Part shown: positions 30,167 to 41,402 of the stretch, piece by piece
How positions within the stretch are numbered: the first letter of the stretch is position 1
How the letters are laid out: each line of letters opens with the position of its first letter
IMG/VR virus record: IMGVR_UViG_2877933038_000001
Source of the DNA: an uncultured virus (IMG/VR IMGVR_UViG_2877933038_000001)
Lineage: Duplodnaviria; Heunggongvirae; Uroviricota; Caudoviricetes
Direction: 5' to 3' (one strand)
Length of the DNA: 64,000 bases
Notes under the pieces: generated by a model
What the model was told of the DNA's origin: nothing
The model's input: the letters and a program-made list of their open reading frames with translations, nothing else
Database searches by the model: none
Translations under genes and position numbers: made by a program

Positions 30167-32221
30167 ATGGCGGCTAAATCCATTGTCGAAATTGATGTTC
30201 AGGACGAGAAATTTCAGTCGTTCCTGGAAAAATTCAATGAATACCAGAAAGCACTCGGCGAATTACCTGAACAATGGCGGGGGGCGGTTCACGGACTCGG
30301 CGAGGCCGCAAAGGAGACAGAACGTGTCCGGGATGGTACGGAGGGGATTACAAAAGCGTTCGCTGATGGCGTTGCGGCGTTAGCATCTGTTAATGACGGT
30401 CTCGATCGACTCAACGGTAATCTGGAGAAGGCCACAAAAACCCAGACGGAGTTTAACAAGAAGTCCGGCGGTGCGCGCAATTTCCTGAATAAAGCCAGCA
30501 AGGATGCGAAATCGCTGGCAGGTCATATTAAAGATGCCACAACCAGCCTGCTTTCATGGGGAACCGTTCTGGGGCTTTTTTCCGGGCTGGCTGGTGCGGG
30601 CGGTCTGTGGGGGCTTAACCACCTGGCCGGCAATGCCTCCGCACAACGGTTTACTGCGATGGGGCTGGGGACGACGGCAGGTGGACTTAATTCGACTGCT
30701 GTCGATTTTCAGAAAGCGCTGGGTAATCCTGTCGGAACTCTGGGCGCCATACGTGATGCGCAGCTTGATTTGAGTAAACGCTGGCAGTTCCGGGCAATGG
30801 GAGTCGATAACCCGGACAGGGATCCTGCTGAGCTTTTACCTGAAATGATAAAAGCGGCGCGTGATATTTTTGTGCGTAACGGCAGTACGCAGCAGGGGGC
30901 GGAAGCCTACGGGCTGACGAACTATTTCACCCTTGACGATCTGAACCGCTTCAAAAAAATGAGCGATGAAGAAATCGATGCGATGGCGAAACAGGCACAG
31001 CAGGACACCCGCCGCCTTCAGTTGACGGACCAGCAGCTTCGCCAGTGGCAGGATTTCAACATTCAGCTCGACCGCAGTAAGGTCAGTATCGGGAATACGT
31101 TTATCCGGGGACTGGCACCGCTGGCGCCGGAGCTGGGAAAACTTTCGGATGCCTTTTCCGGCGCGATTGAAACGGTCCTTAAATCGCCGGAACTGGGAAA
31201 ATGGATTGATGGCCTTTCAGATGGTATACGCCGGTTTGGTAACTATCTGGCTTCCCCCGAATTCCAGAAAGATGTTGAAGCTTTCATATCCGGAGTGGAG
31301 CGACTTGGTCGGGTTATCGGCAAAGTCATTGACTGGATAAGTGGTAAATCCGACATCACGACGGATGACATTAAATCCCGGTCATCGATACTCAGCGACG
31401 AGAAGCGCACCGATCCCGTTACCAGTGAGACTTACACCCCGGGTGGGGATGATGATCCGCGAGTGTGGTCGTGGCTGAAAGGGGTAAAAAAATTCTTTGC
31501 ATCAGGAGATGTTAAGCCGGTCGACGGGAAACAGGCTGATGTTCATGCTAAGGGGCGAACCATTGCTGACAGGTTCAATAATCCTGCGAATTTACGTTAT
31601 GCCGCAGGTTATGAAACCGCCAATACCAGAAGCGGGAAATTTGCTGTGTTCCCTAGCCTGGATGAAGGTGTTCTCGCTGCTGCAAAACAACTGCAAATAT
31701 ACGGCACAAAGGGCATCAACAATATTCACGATATTATCAGTAAATGGGCTCCATCTAACGAGAACAATACGAAAGCATATATCGGGCATGTTGTGAATGC
31801 GACTGGCCGTAGTGAATTCGAAAAGCTGAATTTAAATGATACTAGGACGCTCGCGAAATTAATTACTGCCATGTCAGTAAAAGAAGGTGCCGGCTCCCGG
31901 TTAAGTGAAGAGAAGGTCACACAGATTATCAATAATGCCGGAGGTCATTTTCAGGAATCACAGAAAAAATCTTTGCAGGATATAAATCCATCCGACAGCG
32001 TGCGGGGACAATATCTTGCCCAGTATGGTTCTGAATTGCCCGGTACCAGCACAAGTAACCCTGTCGTACAACCAGTACAACAGGGTTCGGGGAAAACTGA
32101 CCAGATACTGCAACAAATTCTGGATAACCAGAAGCGTGGCCATGCTCAGGGACTTGTTGTTTATAACAATACCGGCGGTAATGCAGTTGTATCCAGTACG
32201 CAACTTGGAGGGTTCGGTTAA
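30167..32221 (+). CDS. Tape measure protein with C-terminal lysozyme-like domain
   Basis: Helical Ala/Gly-rich, TM-like segment, NNPANLR..KWAPSNENNT motif. Confidence 0.8.
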   Translation: MAAKSIVEIDVQDEKFQSFLEKFNEYQKALGELPEQWRGAVHGLGEAAKETERVRDGTEGITKAFADGVAALASVNDGLDRLNGNLEKATKTQTEFNKKSGGARNFLNKASKDAKSLAGHIKDATTSLLSWGTVLGLFSGLAGAGGLWGLNHLAGNASAQRFTAMGLGTTAGGLNSTAVDFQKALGNPVGTLGAIRDAQLDLSKRWQFRAMGVDNPDRDPAELLPEMIKAARDIFVRNGSTQQGAEAYGLTNYFTLDDLNRFKKMSDEEIDAMAKQAQQDTRRLQLTDQQLRQWQDFNIQLDRSKVSIGNTFIRGLAPLAPELGKLSDAFSGAIETVLKSPELGKWIDGLSDGIRRFGNYLASPEFQKDVEAFISGVERLGRVIGKVIDWISGKSDITTDDIKSRSSILSDEKRTDPVTSETYTPGGDDDPRVWSWLKGVKKFFASGDVKPVDGKQADVHAKGRTIADRFNNPANLRYAAGYETANTRSGKFAVFPSLDEGVLAAAKQLQIYGTKGINNIHDIISKWAPSNENNTKAYIGHVVNATGRSEFEKLNLNDTRTLAKLITAMSVKEGAGSRLSEEKVTQIINNAGGHFQESQKKSLQDINPSDSVRGQYLAQYGSELPGTSTSNPVVQPVQQGSGKTDQILQQILDNQKRGHAQGLVVYNNTGGNAVVSSTQLGGFG

Positions 32222-32937
32222 TGTCATTTACCCGCGAGCTCTACAAGCTCGGTTTTGAAATCTCCCCGGTTATACTCTGCGATGGTGTGGCGCAGAGTAT
32301 ACCCGGCGGCATGTTGCCGATAGTTGCCCTGACCCAGAGCGCCAGCTACGTTTCAGGTCTGATGGGGGGCGCTATTGAACTGACGGATCTGGATAAGTAT
32401 TTCTGCCACTGGCGAGCGGCGCCCGGTGGGACAATGGTTGATTACGACATTGGTCGTTATCCGTTTGCAAATCAGGCGGTGGCAGCCAACGCGCTTCTCT
32501 CGCAGCCGCTGCGCATTCCAATGCTGATGGATGCGCCGGTAAATGAAAACACTGGCGCCATGACAAAGCTGGTCACGCTGAGTTCGTTGCAGGCCGTATT
32601 GCAGGCACACGCCAGTCTTGGCGGAACGTTTATTGTGGCAACGCCAGGTATTATTTACAGCAACTGCATACTGAGAACGGTGCGTGATGTTACCGGATCG
32701 AATGATGCCTTACCGCAGCGGCAATGGTTATGGGATTTTGAGCAACCACTGCTTTCTGAAACCGGGGCTGAACAGGCGATAAACAGTTATCTGGGCAAGA
32801 TTGATAACGGGGACAAGGCAACAGAAAGCGCCTGGACCAGTACCATCTCGGCGATTGGTAATACCTCACTCGGCAGTAGTGTATCGGGTGCGGTTATTGG
32901 CTTAATCGGAAAACTGAGCGGGGCATTTAATTTATGA
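32221..32937 (+). CDS. Baseplate/tail initiator protein
   Basis: Position after TMP. Confidence 0.6.
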   Translation: MSFTRELYKLGFEISPVILCDGVAQSIPGGMLPIVALTQSASYVSGLMGGAIELTDLDKYFCHWRAAPGGTMVDYDIGRYPFANQAVAANALLSQPLRIPMLMDAPVNENTGAMTKLVTLSSLQAVLQAHASLGGTFIVATPGIIYSNCILRTVRDVTGSNDALPQRQWLWDFEQPLLSETGAEQAINSYLGKIDNGDKATESAWTSTISAIGNTSLGSSVSGAVIGLIGKLSGAFNL

Positions 32938-33209
32938 GCATGGCGTATTATCCCTTCTCCGGTAACGAACAGAAAAGCATGGTCTTTACTCCCGTTCTCG
33001 ATGGTGAAGTTTATAACTGCCAGACGAAATGGAATATTGCCGCCCAGCGCTGGTACCTCAATATCACGGATAACTCAGGCCGTCGGCAACTGACAATTCC
33101 GGTTATTGGTTCCCCAAAGAATTACGATATTAATTTACTGGTGGGGGCGTTCAGCAAAACCAGAATGGTATGGCGTGTTTCTGACGGTCAGATTGAGGTA
33201 TTTAACTGA
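32934..33209 (+). CDS. Small baseplate protein
   Basis: KWNIAAQRWYL motif; coupled. Confidence 0.6.
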   Translation: MSMAYYPFSGNEQKSMVFTPVLDGEVYNCQTKWNIAAQRWYLNITDNSGRRQLTIPVIGSPKNYDINLLVGAFSKTRMVWRVSDGQIEVFN

Positions 33210-34252
33210 TGCGTTTCTACGACATTCAGATTTTTAATGCTCCGGATGCTAAGGGCAACCCCGGTACGCTGTACAGACAGTACAGTAGCATGAAAAACGG
33301 GGTATTTAACCCGGGGTGCCTGATGGTTGAATTCGACCTTCTCCGTTTTGGTGAATCCACTCCCAAAGGGCAGAGCTGCATCACTGTCTGGGGCATCAGT
33401 CCGCAGGAAATGCAACAGGCCAGACAGGATATGTTTGGCATGACCATAAAAATGTGGGTGGGAATGTCAAAAGGGTTGCCGCTGGCGAAACCGGAACAGC
33501 GTGGACTGGTGCTGGAAGGGACCATCTGGCAGGTGCTGGGGAACTGGCAAGGGACCGAGTTACGGCTGGATCTTATTGTGACCGCCGGCCCTGTGTCTGA
33601 CGTTAACCCACTACCGCTGGCACCCGTAAATTTAACGGTGCCGTGGAACAAAGGGGTTAAGCTTTCTGTCGCGCTGACGCAATGCTTTCAGACGCTGGGA
33701 GGTGACTATCGGTTCTCAGTCAGTATCAGCGATCGTCTGGTGAATAATTATGACAGTAATATGTTTTGCGGCAGTCTCCAGGAGCTTGCGACCAGACTTA
33801 ACTCGTTGAGTAAAAGCATTATTAAGGACAGTAATTATTCTGGTGTTGAAATAGCGATGGTGAACGGCAGGGAGATCCGCGTATTCGATAACGATTTTGC
33901 TAACCACCAGGATAAAGATTCCAAAAAAAGCGCCTCTTACAGAAGTAAAAATCCCGTGCAAATTGAATTTACCGATCTTGTTGGTCAGCCGACATGGATC
34001 CAGTTTGGTACGGTATCCATTCCCTGCGTTATGCGCAGCGATATTCAGGTGGGCGATTATATCCGGATGCCGAAGAAATTAAGGCCGATGATCCAGGCAT
34101 CGTCATACTCACAGTTTCGTGATGACTCGGCTTTTACGGGGGATTTTCTGGTGTCTTCGGTCCGTCTGGTGGGTAACAGCAGGCAACCGGACGCAAACAG
34201 TTGGGTAACTGTTATCGAGGCGCATCCAACAGGGGGGATTGCTGCAACATGA
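33209..34252 (+). CDS. Baseplate hub protein
   Basis: Size and position before spike. Confidence 0.65.
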   Translation: MRFYDIQIFNAPDAKGNPGTLYRQYSSMKNGVFNPGCLMVEFDLLRFGESTPKGQSCITVWGISPQEMQQARQDMFGMTIKMWVGMSKGLPLAKPEQRGLVLEGTIWQVLGNWQGTELRLDLIVTAGPVSDVNPLPLAPVNLTVPWNKGVKLSVALTQCFQTLGGDYRFSVSISDRLVNNYDSNMFCGSLQELATRLNSLSKSIIKDSNYSGVEIAMVNGREIRVFDNDFANHQDKDSKKSASYRSKNPVQIEFTDLVGQPTWIQFGTVSIPCVMRSDIQVGDYIRMPKKLRPMIQASSYSQFRDDSAFTGDFLVSSVRLVGNSRQPDANSWVTVIEAHPTGGIAAT

Positions 34253-34965
34253 GTATAAATAAAAAACTCAATTTTGGCGGCAATATGAATAATTTCGCCG
34301 ACCAGAAAATAGCCGCCGCTATGCAGATGGCCGGAAAGATTTTACCCGCAGAGGTCGTCAGTCAGTCCGGGAAAATGGTCACTGTGACCTTTTTGCTGCG
34401 GGACATTCCCTACACGTTACCTCAGTTGACCATTCCGCTATTCGGCCCTCAGTACATCAGATACCCGATGCAAAAAGGAGATAAGGGGATAGTCATCCCG
34501 GCGGATACCTACCTGGGCGGCGCCAGCGGCCTCGGAGGGGGAACGGCTGATCTGACGCCCCCCGCAAATCTCAGTGCGCTGGTGTTTTTACCCATCAGTA
34601 ACACGGAGTGGGAGAACGTCGATGGTCAGGTACTGACGCTGTACGGGCCGGAGGGGGTAACCATTCGTGATGCGAAAAGCAACACTACGTTTCTGCTCAC
34701 ACCGGAAAGTATCACGATTGCCACACCTGAAAAATTCGAAGTGACGGTGGGCAGTACAGTTCTGACGCTCACCGCTGGTACCTGGTCGCTGACAGGGCAG
34801 AGTGGAACACTGACTGACAGTGCGGCCAGCACCAGCCCGAAAATCATGCTGGAGGGCTGGGAAAAGCTGGTTCAGTGGGTTAACAGCCACAGGCACAGCA
34901 ATGGTAATGACGGACAGGATACCGGAGGGCCAACGTCACAATTCAACGGGAGTATTACCGAATGA
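34249..34965 (+). CDS. Baseplate spike protein
   Basis: C-terminal HRH metal motif and TGGP. Confidence 0.75.
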   Translation: MSINKKLNFGGNMNNFADQKIAAAMQMAGKILPAEVVSQSGKMVTVTFLLRDIPYTLPQLTIPLFGPQYIRYPMQKGDKGIVIPADTYLGGASGLGGGTADLTPPANLSALVFLPISNTEWENVDGQVLTLYGPEGVTIRDAKSNTTFLLTPESITIATPEKFEVTVGSTVLTLTAGTWSLTGQSGTLTDSAASTSPKIMLEGWEKLVQWVNSHRHSNGNDGQDTGGPTSQFNGSITE

Positions 34966-35294
34966 GGACATACGGACGAGATAAAGACGGGAAGTGGGTA
35001 ACGGTCACGACTGACGAAAACGGGTTTAACGATTCTGTGTATCTCACAACGCTGGTGCAGAATCTGAAGCTGTCCCCGCAGGAGTCCCCGTTTTTTGCTA
35101 ATCACGGTATACCGGCTAACGGCTCAGTTATTCAGCAGATACTGCCGACTTTTTATGTTAACCGGCTCCAGCAGCAGTTCAGCAAATATTTTTCCTCTCT
35201 ACAGATTGCGCTGGCGGATGTTGATCCCCCTGTTTACAACATTTCGGCGATTACTAACTCAGGCTCTAAAATAGTGGCTCAGGTGTATGTATGA
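34962..35294 (+). CDS. Baseplate wedge protein
   Basis: Position before J-like gene. Confidence 0.6.
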   Translation: MRTYGRDKDGKWVTVTTDENGFNDSVYLTTLVQNLKLSPQESPFFANHGIPANGSVIQQILPTFYVNRLQQQFSKYFSSLQIALADVDPPVYNISAITNSGSKIVAQVYV

Positions 35295-36517
35295 GTGATT
35301 TACCCATTAGTTATGATATTGCCGGCCCAGTTCCTAAAACGACGGATGAACTCCGGCAACTGGTTATTGATACTGCAACAGCGCTGTCCCCGGGGATAAC
35401 CACAAATCTACCAGGATCGCTGATTGAAGATTTGGTCAGTACGAGCGTCGGTGCGCTTGTGGTATGTGATCAGGCGCGGGTTGACCTGATTAACTCATGC
35501 AGCCCGTATTCGGCAAATGTACACCTGCTGGCGCAACTGGGTGATATGTACGGCGTTCAGAAAGGGCAGGGTACCAATACATCGGTTTATGTGGTGTTCA
35601 GTGGCCCGCCCGGGTTTGCTATACCGAAAGGTTTTATGGTCGGGGATGGAACCTACACCTACACCGTTCAGCGTGACACGATGATCCCGGAAAGTGGACA
35701 AACGGAGCCTGTCTATTGCCTGGCAACAACCGGGGGCTCCTGGGCAGTACCTGCGGGAACTGTAAATCAGATAAAAACCTCAGTACCGAATACATACAAC
35801 CTGACCTGCACCAACCTTACCGCTGGATTACCCGGCGCGCAGGAACAGACTTTTTCTTCATACCGTGCCCAGGTATTCCAGGCGGGTATGTACGGTGTAC
35901 AGGGAACGCCTGACTGTTACCGGATTGAACTGAAAAATGTTTATGGTGTACAGGAGAATCTGATCTCATACCGACAGGCATCGCTGGGGGCATGGGTAGC
36001 GATTGCTGGTGGCGGCGATCCTTATGAAGTGGCTTACGCTATCTATAAAGCCGTGCCAGATATCTCCGTACTGACGAATGATGTAGTGAATCCATCAGGC
36101 GCTGCGGTGGATAAAAAAACGATACCGATCATTGTGTATCCGGATACGTATCACGTGCCGTTTGTAGTGCCATCATCACAAAACGTTACGCTTTTAATCA
36201 CCTGGAATACAGCCTCAACCAGCTATATCGATCCAACCGGGATTGAAAAAGCAGTGCAGCAAAGCATTGCTGATTACATTAACGGAATTGCAACGGGTGA
36301 ACCAATAAACATTTTCCTGATTCGGGATATTTTTCTTAATCAGGTTAAGGGGCTTGTATCTTCAAACCTTGTATCAATGATTGATATTCAGGTTGGAATA
36401 AACGGAAAAATTGTCCCACCTGCAACCAACTCCAGCCTGGTTTATGGTGATACTTACGCCTATTTTTCCACTTCATTTTCACAAATTCAGGTTAAGCAAT
36501 ATGGCAGTTCTTCTTGA
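35291..36517 (+). CDS. Baseplate J-like protein
   Basis: Size and motifs typical of gpJ/gp47. Confidence 0.8.
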   Translation: MSDLPISYDIAGPVPKTTDELRQLVIDTATALSPGITTNLPGSLIEDLVSTSVGALVVCDQARVDLINSCSPYSANVHLLAQLGDMYGVQKGQGTNTSVYVVFSGPPGFAIPKGFMVGDGTYTYTVQRDTMIPESGQTEPVYCLATTGGSWAVPAGTVNQIKTSVPNTYNLTCTNLTAGLPGAQEQTFSSYRAQVFQAGMYGVQGTPDCYRIELKNVYGVQENLISYRQASLGAWVAIAGGGDPYEVAYAIYKAVPDISVLTNDVVNPSGAAVDKKTIPIIVYPDTYHVPFVVPSSQNVTLLITWNTASTSYIDPTGIEKAVQQSIADYINGIATGEPINIFLIRDIFLNQVKGLVSSNLVSMIDIQVGINGKIVPPATNSSLVYGDTYAYFSTSFSQIQVKQYGSSS

Positions 36518-37127
36518 AAGCATTATTCCGGCCTACCCCTATACGCAATATAATGACGATCCGGATATAGTTGCCTTTTTTGATGCTTATAACAAACTGG
36601 CACAGGAGTATCTTGATTACTTTAACAACCTGAATTTACCTTGCTGGACCTCCCCGGCGATTACCGGTGAGTTGCTGGACTGGATTGCGGCGGGTATTTA
36701 TGGGGAATCACGCCCCTTACTTCAAATCTCCGAGGATGCCATTGCTCGTGGGGCGTATAACACTATTGAGTACAATAATGTCGCGTATGCAAAACTGAGA
36801 AATTATGTTCCCGGCTCAGCGTCATATGTTCCGGACGACTATTTTAAACGGATACTGACATGGAATTTTTATAAAGGCGATGGTTCGCACTTCTGTATCA
36901 ACTGGTTCAAACGACGGCTTGCACGCTTTATACATGGAGCTAACGGAATAGACCCACCTGTACAGTCCACTTTTGATATTAGTGTAATGCCCGATAAGGG
37001 CATTTTTTTTGTCTCCATTCCTGACTATGGCGATGGTGTCGGACACTTTCTTAAAGATGCAATTGACCAGTCGCTGGTGAAACTCCCTTTTATTTATACC
37101 TATTCGGTAACGGTGGTTGAGCAATGA
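36501..37127 (+). CDS. Baseplate wedge (gpI/DUF2612-like)
   Basis: [16 protein letters not shown] motifs. Confidence 0.7.
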   Translation: MAVLLESIIPAYPYTQYNDDPDIVAFFDAYNKLAQEYLDYFNNLNLPCWTSPAITGELLDWIAAGIYGESRPLLQISEDAIARGAYNTIEYNNVAYAKLRNYVPGSASYVPDDYFKRILTWNFYKGDGSHFCINWFKRRLARFIHGANGIDPPVQSTFDISVMPDKGIFFVSIPDYGDGVGHFLKDAIDQSLVKLPFIYTYSVTVVEQ

Positions 37128-38833
37128 TTATTGGATTCGGAAATAATGTCGTCTCCTCACTGGCGACTGATATTACCGCCAGCCAGACGACCATTCAGGT
37201 GATGCCTGGTGTGGGAGCGATGTTTGCTAATTTGCTGACCAGCGATTATGCAAACAGCTCAAACCCTCTTAAAACTTACGCCAAAATTACACTGACAGAC
37301 GCAAAAGAAACAGTTTTTGAGGTATGCCATCTGACTGCAGTTAATAATGACATGCTGACGGTTATTCGCGGTCAGGAAGGTACAACAGCGAAGGGATGGT
37401 CACTGAATGATGTTATAGCGAATTTTGCGACGCGAGGATCTGAAAATCAGTTTGTACAAATTGAAGAGCTCCAGAGTGGGCATTATGTCGCTGGTGTGGC
37501 CGGAGGTACAGAAAATAATCTGACGCTGGAGTTACCAGCAACTTATTTCGTCAATGGTGGAGTTGACTGGACATTGCGCACTCCACTTGTGGTTATTCCG
37601 GCGCTAAACAATACCGGAGCCAGCACTTTGCAACTGACGATGGGGGGGCGTGTGCTTGGCATATTCCCACTATACAAGGGGAATAAAGCAGAGTTATCGG
37701 CCAATGATATTATTAAAGATATTCCTGTCTTATGCGTTCTGGATAATACAAAAACCTATTTTTCTGTGCTTAATCCCCTGGAGATTTATTTGGGATCACG
37801 GTATTTGCAGAAGGACCAGAACCTGTCCGACGTACCGGATAAGGCCAAAGGTCGGTCCAGTCTTGAGGTCTACAGCAAAACCGAAAGTGATGAAAACTAC
37901 ATGGCTAAAAGCCAGTGTGGTGCGGATATCCCGAATAAGCCGCTGTTTGTACAAAATATCGGAGCGCTTCCTGCCAACGGTACGGCTGTCGCAGCGAACA
38001 GACTGGCATCACGCGGCGCGCTTCCGGCACTGACTGGTACGACAAGAGGCAGCGATAGCGGCCTGATAATGGGCGAGGTTTACAATAACGGTTATCCAAC
38101 GCAATACGGGAATATTTTGCGTCTGACCGGAACCGGTGATGGGGAAATCCTCATTGGCTGGAGCGGGGTTAACGGTGCGCCAGCGCCCGCATATATTCGC
38201 AGCCATCGAGATAACGCCGATGCTGAGTGGTCCGAATGGGCAATGCTCTACACCACACTAAACCCACCTCCGGATTCGCATCCAGTAGGGGCGCCGATAG
38301 CATGGCCGTCTGATGCTACCCCAGCCGGTTACGCCCTGATGCAGGGGCAGTCCTTCGATAAATCTGCTTACCCGTTACTGGCTATAGCGTATCCGTCCGG
38401 CATTATCCCTGACATGCGAGGCTGGACAATAAAGGGTAAGCCCATCAGTGGACGTGCTGTACTGTCGCAAGAAATGGACGGCAACAAATCGCACAGTCAC
38501 AGCGCCAGAGCGCAGGATACCGATCTGGGAACGAAAGGCACGTCGCCATTTGATTACGGCAATAAAACATCTGACACAACAGGCGGTCATAACCATTCGG
38601 CGGGGGGAATATATGGTGGTGACTCAATCGGTGGAAAATCTCGCGTTCAGCACGACGGCAATAACCAGTTGACGAGCTGGAATGGCGATCACGCTCATAC
38701 CACATGGATTGGCCCGCACGACCATACCGTATATATCGGCCCACACGGACACGCTGTCACGGTGGACGCAGACGGTAATGCGGAAACCACAGTTAAAAAC
38801 ATTGCATTTAACTATATTGTGAGGCTGGCATGA
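37124..38833 (+). CDS. Tail fibre with collar domain and HxH tip
   Basis: [14 protein letters not shown] collar, HSH repeats, [13 protein letters not shown] end. Confidence 0.9.
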   Translation: MIIGFGNNVVSSLATDITASQTTIQVMPGVGAMFANLLTSDYANSSNPLKTYAKITLTDAKETVFEVCHLTAVNNDMLTVIRGQEGTTAKGWSLNDVIANFATRGSENQFVQIEELQSGHYVAGVAGGTENNLTLELPATYFVNGGVDWTLRTPLVVIPALNNTGASTLQLTMGGRVLGIFPLYKGNKAELSANDIIKDIPVLCVLDNTKTYFSVLNPLEIYLGSRYLQKDQNLSDVPDKAKGRSSLEVYSKTESDENYMAKSQCGADIPNKPLFVQNIGALPANGTAVAANRLASRGALPALTGTTRGSDSGLIMGEVYNNGYPTQYGNILRLTGTGDGEILIGWSGVNGAPAPAYIRSHRDNADAEWSEWAMLYTTLNPPPDSHPVGAPIAWPSDATPAGYALMQGQSFDKSAYPLLAIAYPSGIIPDMRGWTIKGKPISGRAVLSQEMDGNKSHSHSARAQDTDLGTKGTSPFDYGNKTSDTTGGHNHSAGGIYGGDSIGGKSRVQHDGNNQLTSWNGDHAHTTWIGPHDHTVYIGPHGHAVTVDADGNAETTVKNIAFNYIVRLA

Positions 38834-39654
38834 TTAAATTAATTCTTTCAGCACCCGTGCCAGCAATGGCCGCGGCTTTTGAACATTCTTTTCAGAATAC
38901 CGAAAATGTGGAAATTATCCCCGGACCGTTTGAAACCATACCGGAATTTGACTGCATGGTCAGTGCGGCCAACAGCTTCGGTCTTATGGACGGCGGTGTG
39001 GATGCTGCTATTACGGCATATTTCGGGCCGCAATTACAGGAACGGGTACAGCAAAATATCCTCCGGGAATATCTGGGAGAACAGCCAGTCGGCACCGCCT
39101 TTGTTATTGAAACGGGTAACAGTAAACATCCGTGGCTGGTTCACGCTCCGACGATGCGCGTTCCGCTGATAATCGACGGCACCGATGCGGTTTATAACGC
39201 AACACGTGCAGCGTTATTAGCGATATTTCAGCACAATAAAAGCGCCGGGGAAGACAGGGAAATTAAATCAGTTGTATTCCCTGCGATGGGGGCCGGGTAT
39301 GGTCAGGTATCCCCGGACAGTGTCGCCCGGCAAATGACGCTGGCGTGGGATGGTTTTATTAACTGCGCCACGGAAATTAACTGGCAATACGCCAGCGCCC
39401 GCCAGAATGCTGTATTCAGCACAACGGCATACTGTCCGTCAAAGACGCTTTGCCCGAACGCCAGAACGGAATATATCGGTTTTGGTGATTACAGAACGTA
39501 TTGCAAAAAATCAGATAACACCTGCATCAGTCCCCGTCATCAGGTTGATGATATTTATATTGGTGCGCATAGCCATGCGGTTTCCACCGGTACTTATCCT
39601 CACAGCCACCACCTGAATACAGAATATTTATCCGGAGTAAAAAATGACTTTTAA
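38830..39654 (+). CDS. Macrodomain protein with Cys/His-rich C-terminus
   Basis: [32 protein letters not shown] macro motifs. Confidence 0.85.
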   Translation: MIKLILSAPVPAMAAAFEHSFQNTENVEIIPGPFETIPEFDCMVSAANSFGLMDGGVDAAITAYFGPQLQERVQQNILREYLGEQPVGTAFVIETGNSKHPWLVHAPTMRVPLIIDGTDAVYNATRAALLAIFQHNKSAGEDREIKSVVFPAMGAGYGQVSPDSVARQMTLAWDGFINCATEINWQYASARQNAVFSTTAYCPSKTLCPNARTEYIGFGDYRTYCKKSDNTCISPRHQVDDIYIGAHSHAVSTGTYPHSHHLNTEYLSGVKNDF

Positions 39655-40219
39655 AATGAGCAGCAAAGCGCAGACAATTAAAATTTTCAATCTGCGTTCA
39701 GATACGAATGAATTTATTGGGGCAGGCGATGCGTATATCCCGCCGCACACTGGATTACCGGCAAACTGTACTGATATCGCCCCTCCTGATATTCCCTCCA
39801 GTCATATTGCTGTATTTGACGCTGAAACCGAAACGTGGAGTCTGTATGAGGATCACCGTGGCGAGACGGTTTATGATACAACAACCGGCAATCAGGTTTA
39901 TATCTCCGCTCCCGGCCCACTGCCTGAAAATGTCACATCAGTTTCACCAGGAGGTGAATACCGGAAATGGGATAGTAAGGCTAAGGTCTGGGTGAATGAT
40001 GAAGCTGCGGAGGCCGCAGCCAGACTTCGTGAAGCTGAAGGAACGAAAAACAGACTCCTGCAAATAGCGTCTGAAAAAATCGCGCCGTTACAGGATGCAG
40101 TAGATCTGGACGAAGCAACCGATAAAGAAAAAGCTTCTCTTCTGGCATGGAGAAAATACAGGGTGCTGGTAAACCGGGTGGATACCTTGAATCCTGACTG
40201 GCCGGAACAGCCAGTCTGA
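39644..40219 (+). CDS. tfa: Tail fibre assembly chaperone
   Basis: [26 protein letters not shown]; lambda Tfa-like. Confidence 0.9.
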   Translation: MTFKMSSKAQTIKIFNLRSDTNEFIGAGDAYIPPHTGLPANCTDIAPPDIPSSHIAVFDAETETWSLYEDHRGETVYDTTTGNQVYISAPGPLPENVTSVSPGGEYRKWDSKAKVWVNDEAAEAAARLREAEGTKNRLLQIASEKIAPLQDAVDLDEATDKEKASLLAWRKYRVLVNRVDTLNPDWPEQPV

Positions 40220-40220
40220 T

Positions 40221-40258
40221 AAAAAACGCGCCACTGATTTTTAAGCAGTGGCGCATTA
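40221..40258. terminator. Probable bidirectional terminator
   Basis: GCGCCACTG/CAGTGGCGC stem between convergent genes. Confidence 0.7.
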
Positions 40259-40259
40259 A

Positions 40260-41402
40260 TTATTTAAACCAGTTATTAACCACCTCCTCAAACCGCTGGG
40301 TTACTTTTTCCCACGGGAATTTCTCTTCCACACAACGTTGTCCATGTAAGGCAACATCGTTTAAATCAGGGGATGCCAGCGATTTATTAATGTCCCTGGC
40401 AATAGTCTCAGGGGTCATTGGCTCCAGCAAATGGAAGCCGGTATTCCCCTCTTTTACGAATTCAGTCATTCCGCCACGTGTACTGACCAGTACAGGCTTT
40501 CCTGCTCCCATCGCTTCAATTGCAACCATGCAAAACGGCTCCTGGAATTGAGAGGGAATAACAACCAGATCTGCTAACGAATAGTAGTTGTATATCTCTT
40601 CTGGTGTTACGCCTCCAACCATATGACAGTGTGGTTTTAGCCGTTCTGCTAATTCCCGCACTTCACGCTGATAGGCTGCTTTTTCACCTTTACTTTTACT
40701 CATATAGTCACCAACGACAACTAACTCTATATCGTTGCGTTCCTTGAGGAGTTGCTCGAACGCCTGTAAAAGCAAAGTTACTCCTTTATCCGGTGATATA
40801 CGGCCAGCAAAGAAAATCGTTTTTTTCTCCGGAGTTATTCCCAGGTCAGACTTTTGCAGCGGTACAGCGTTTTTCTGATAGGCATCCAGGTCAATACCAT
40901 TAGGGACGATAGCTATATCAGCATCCGGCAGGTACGCCTGATAATGCTTCTTCAAAAACATGCTGGGGACGATCATTTTAACGTTTTGATCTAACCCATC
41001 AGGTTCAAAAGCATTATGCATATGCATAACCATTTTTGCCTTTGGGGCTCTTTTGCGGATCTGTCGGTACAGCTTTATGCTGTTATGAACGATGATTACA
41101 CTATCATCGGTAACGTTAAAGTCTTTTGCAATATTCAGAATGCGCTGTGAGTAAGGGAGCGGGTCCAGACGAGTCCACTTCTGAAAGAGGCGCTTATAGA
41201 GTCTGCTGAAACCTATACGATAAACAGAGCATCGCTCATTTACCTTTGAAAAATCTGTATAACCTTCACTCTTAATGCAAGCGATTCTGTTGGGTATTCT
41301 TGTTCGCTGTGCTACCTGATACATCCATGTTTCTACGGCTGCTGCGCTGCGTGGCGGAATAGAAAAAATAGGTGTAACAGTGAAAATAATCTTATCAACC
41401 AT
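40260..41402 (-). CDS. waaK: GT4 glycosyltransferase, WaaK(RfaK)-like LPS core GlcNAc transferase
   Basis: KIIFTVTPIFSIPP.SAAAVETW, KRLFQKWTRLDPLPYSQR, AGRISPDKG, EPFCMVAIEAM match recalled Salmonella WaaK; low GC moron. Confidence 0.8.
   Translation of the reverse strand: MVDKIIFTVTPIFSIPPRSAAAVETWMYQVAQRTRIPNRIACIKSEGYTDFSKVNERCSVYRIGFSRLYKRLFQKWTRLDPLPYSQRILNIAKDFNVTDDSVIIVHNSIKLYRQIRKRAPKAKMVMHMHNAFEPDGLDQNVKMIVPSMFLKKHYQAYLPDADIAIVPNGIDLDAYQKNAVPLQKSDLGITPEKKTIFFAGRISPDKGVTLLLQAFEQLLKERNDIELVVVGDYMSKSKGEKAAYQREVRELAERLKPHCHMVGGVTPEEIYNYYSLADLVVIPSQFQEPFCMVAIEAMGAGKPVLVSTRGGMTEFVKEGNTGFHLLEPMTPETIARDINKSLASPDLNDVALHGQRCVEEKFPWEKVTQRFEEVVNNWFK

Noticed and set aside
37124..40219. Tail-fibre inversion or diversity-generating system
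   Set aside because: No invertase, inverted second fibre end, reverse transcriptase or template repeat seen.
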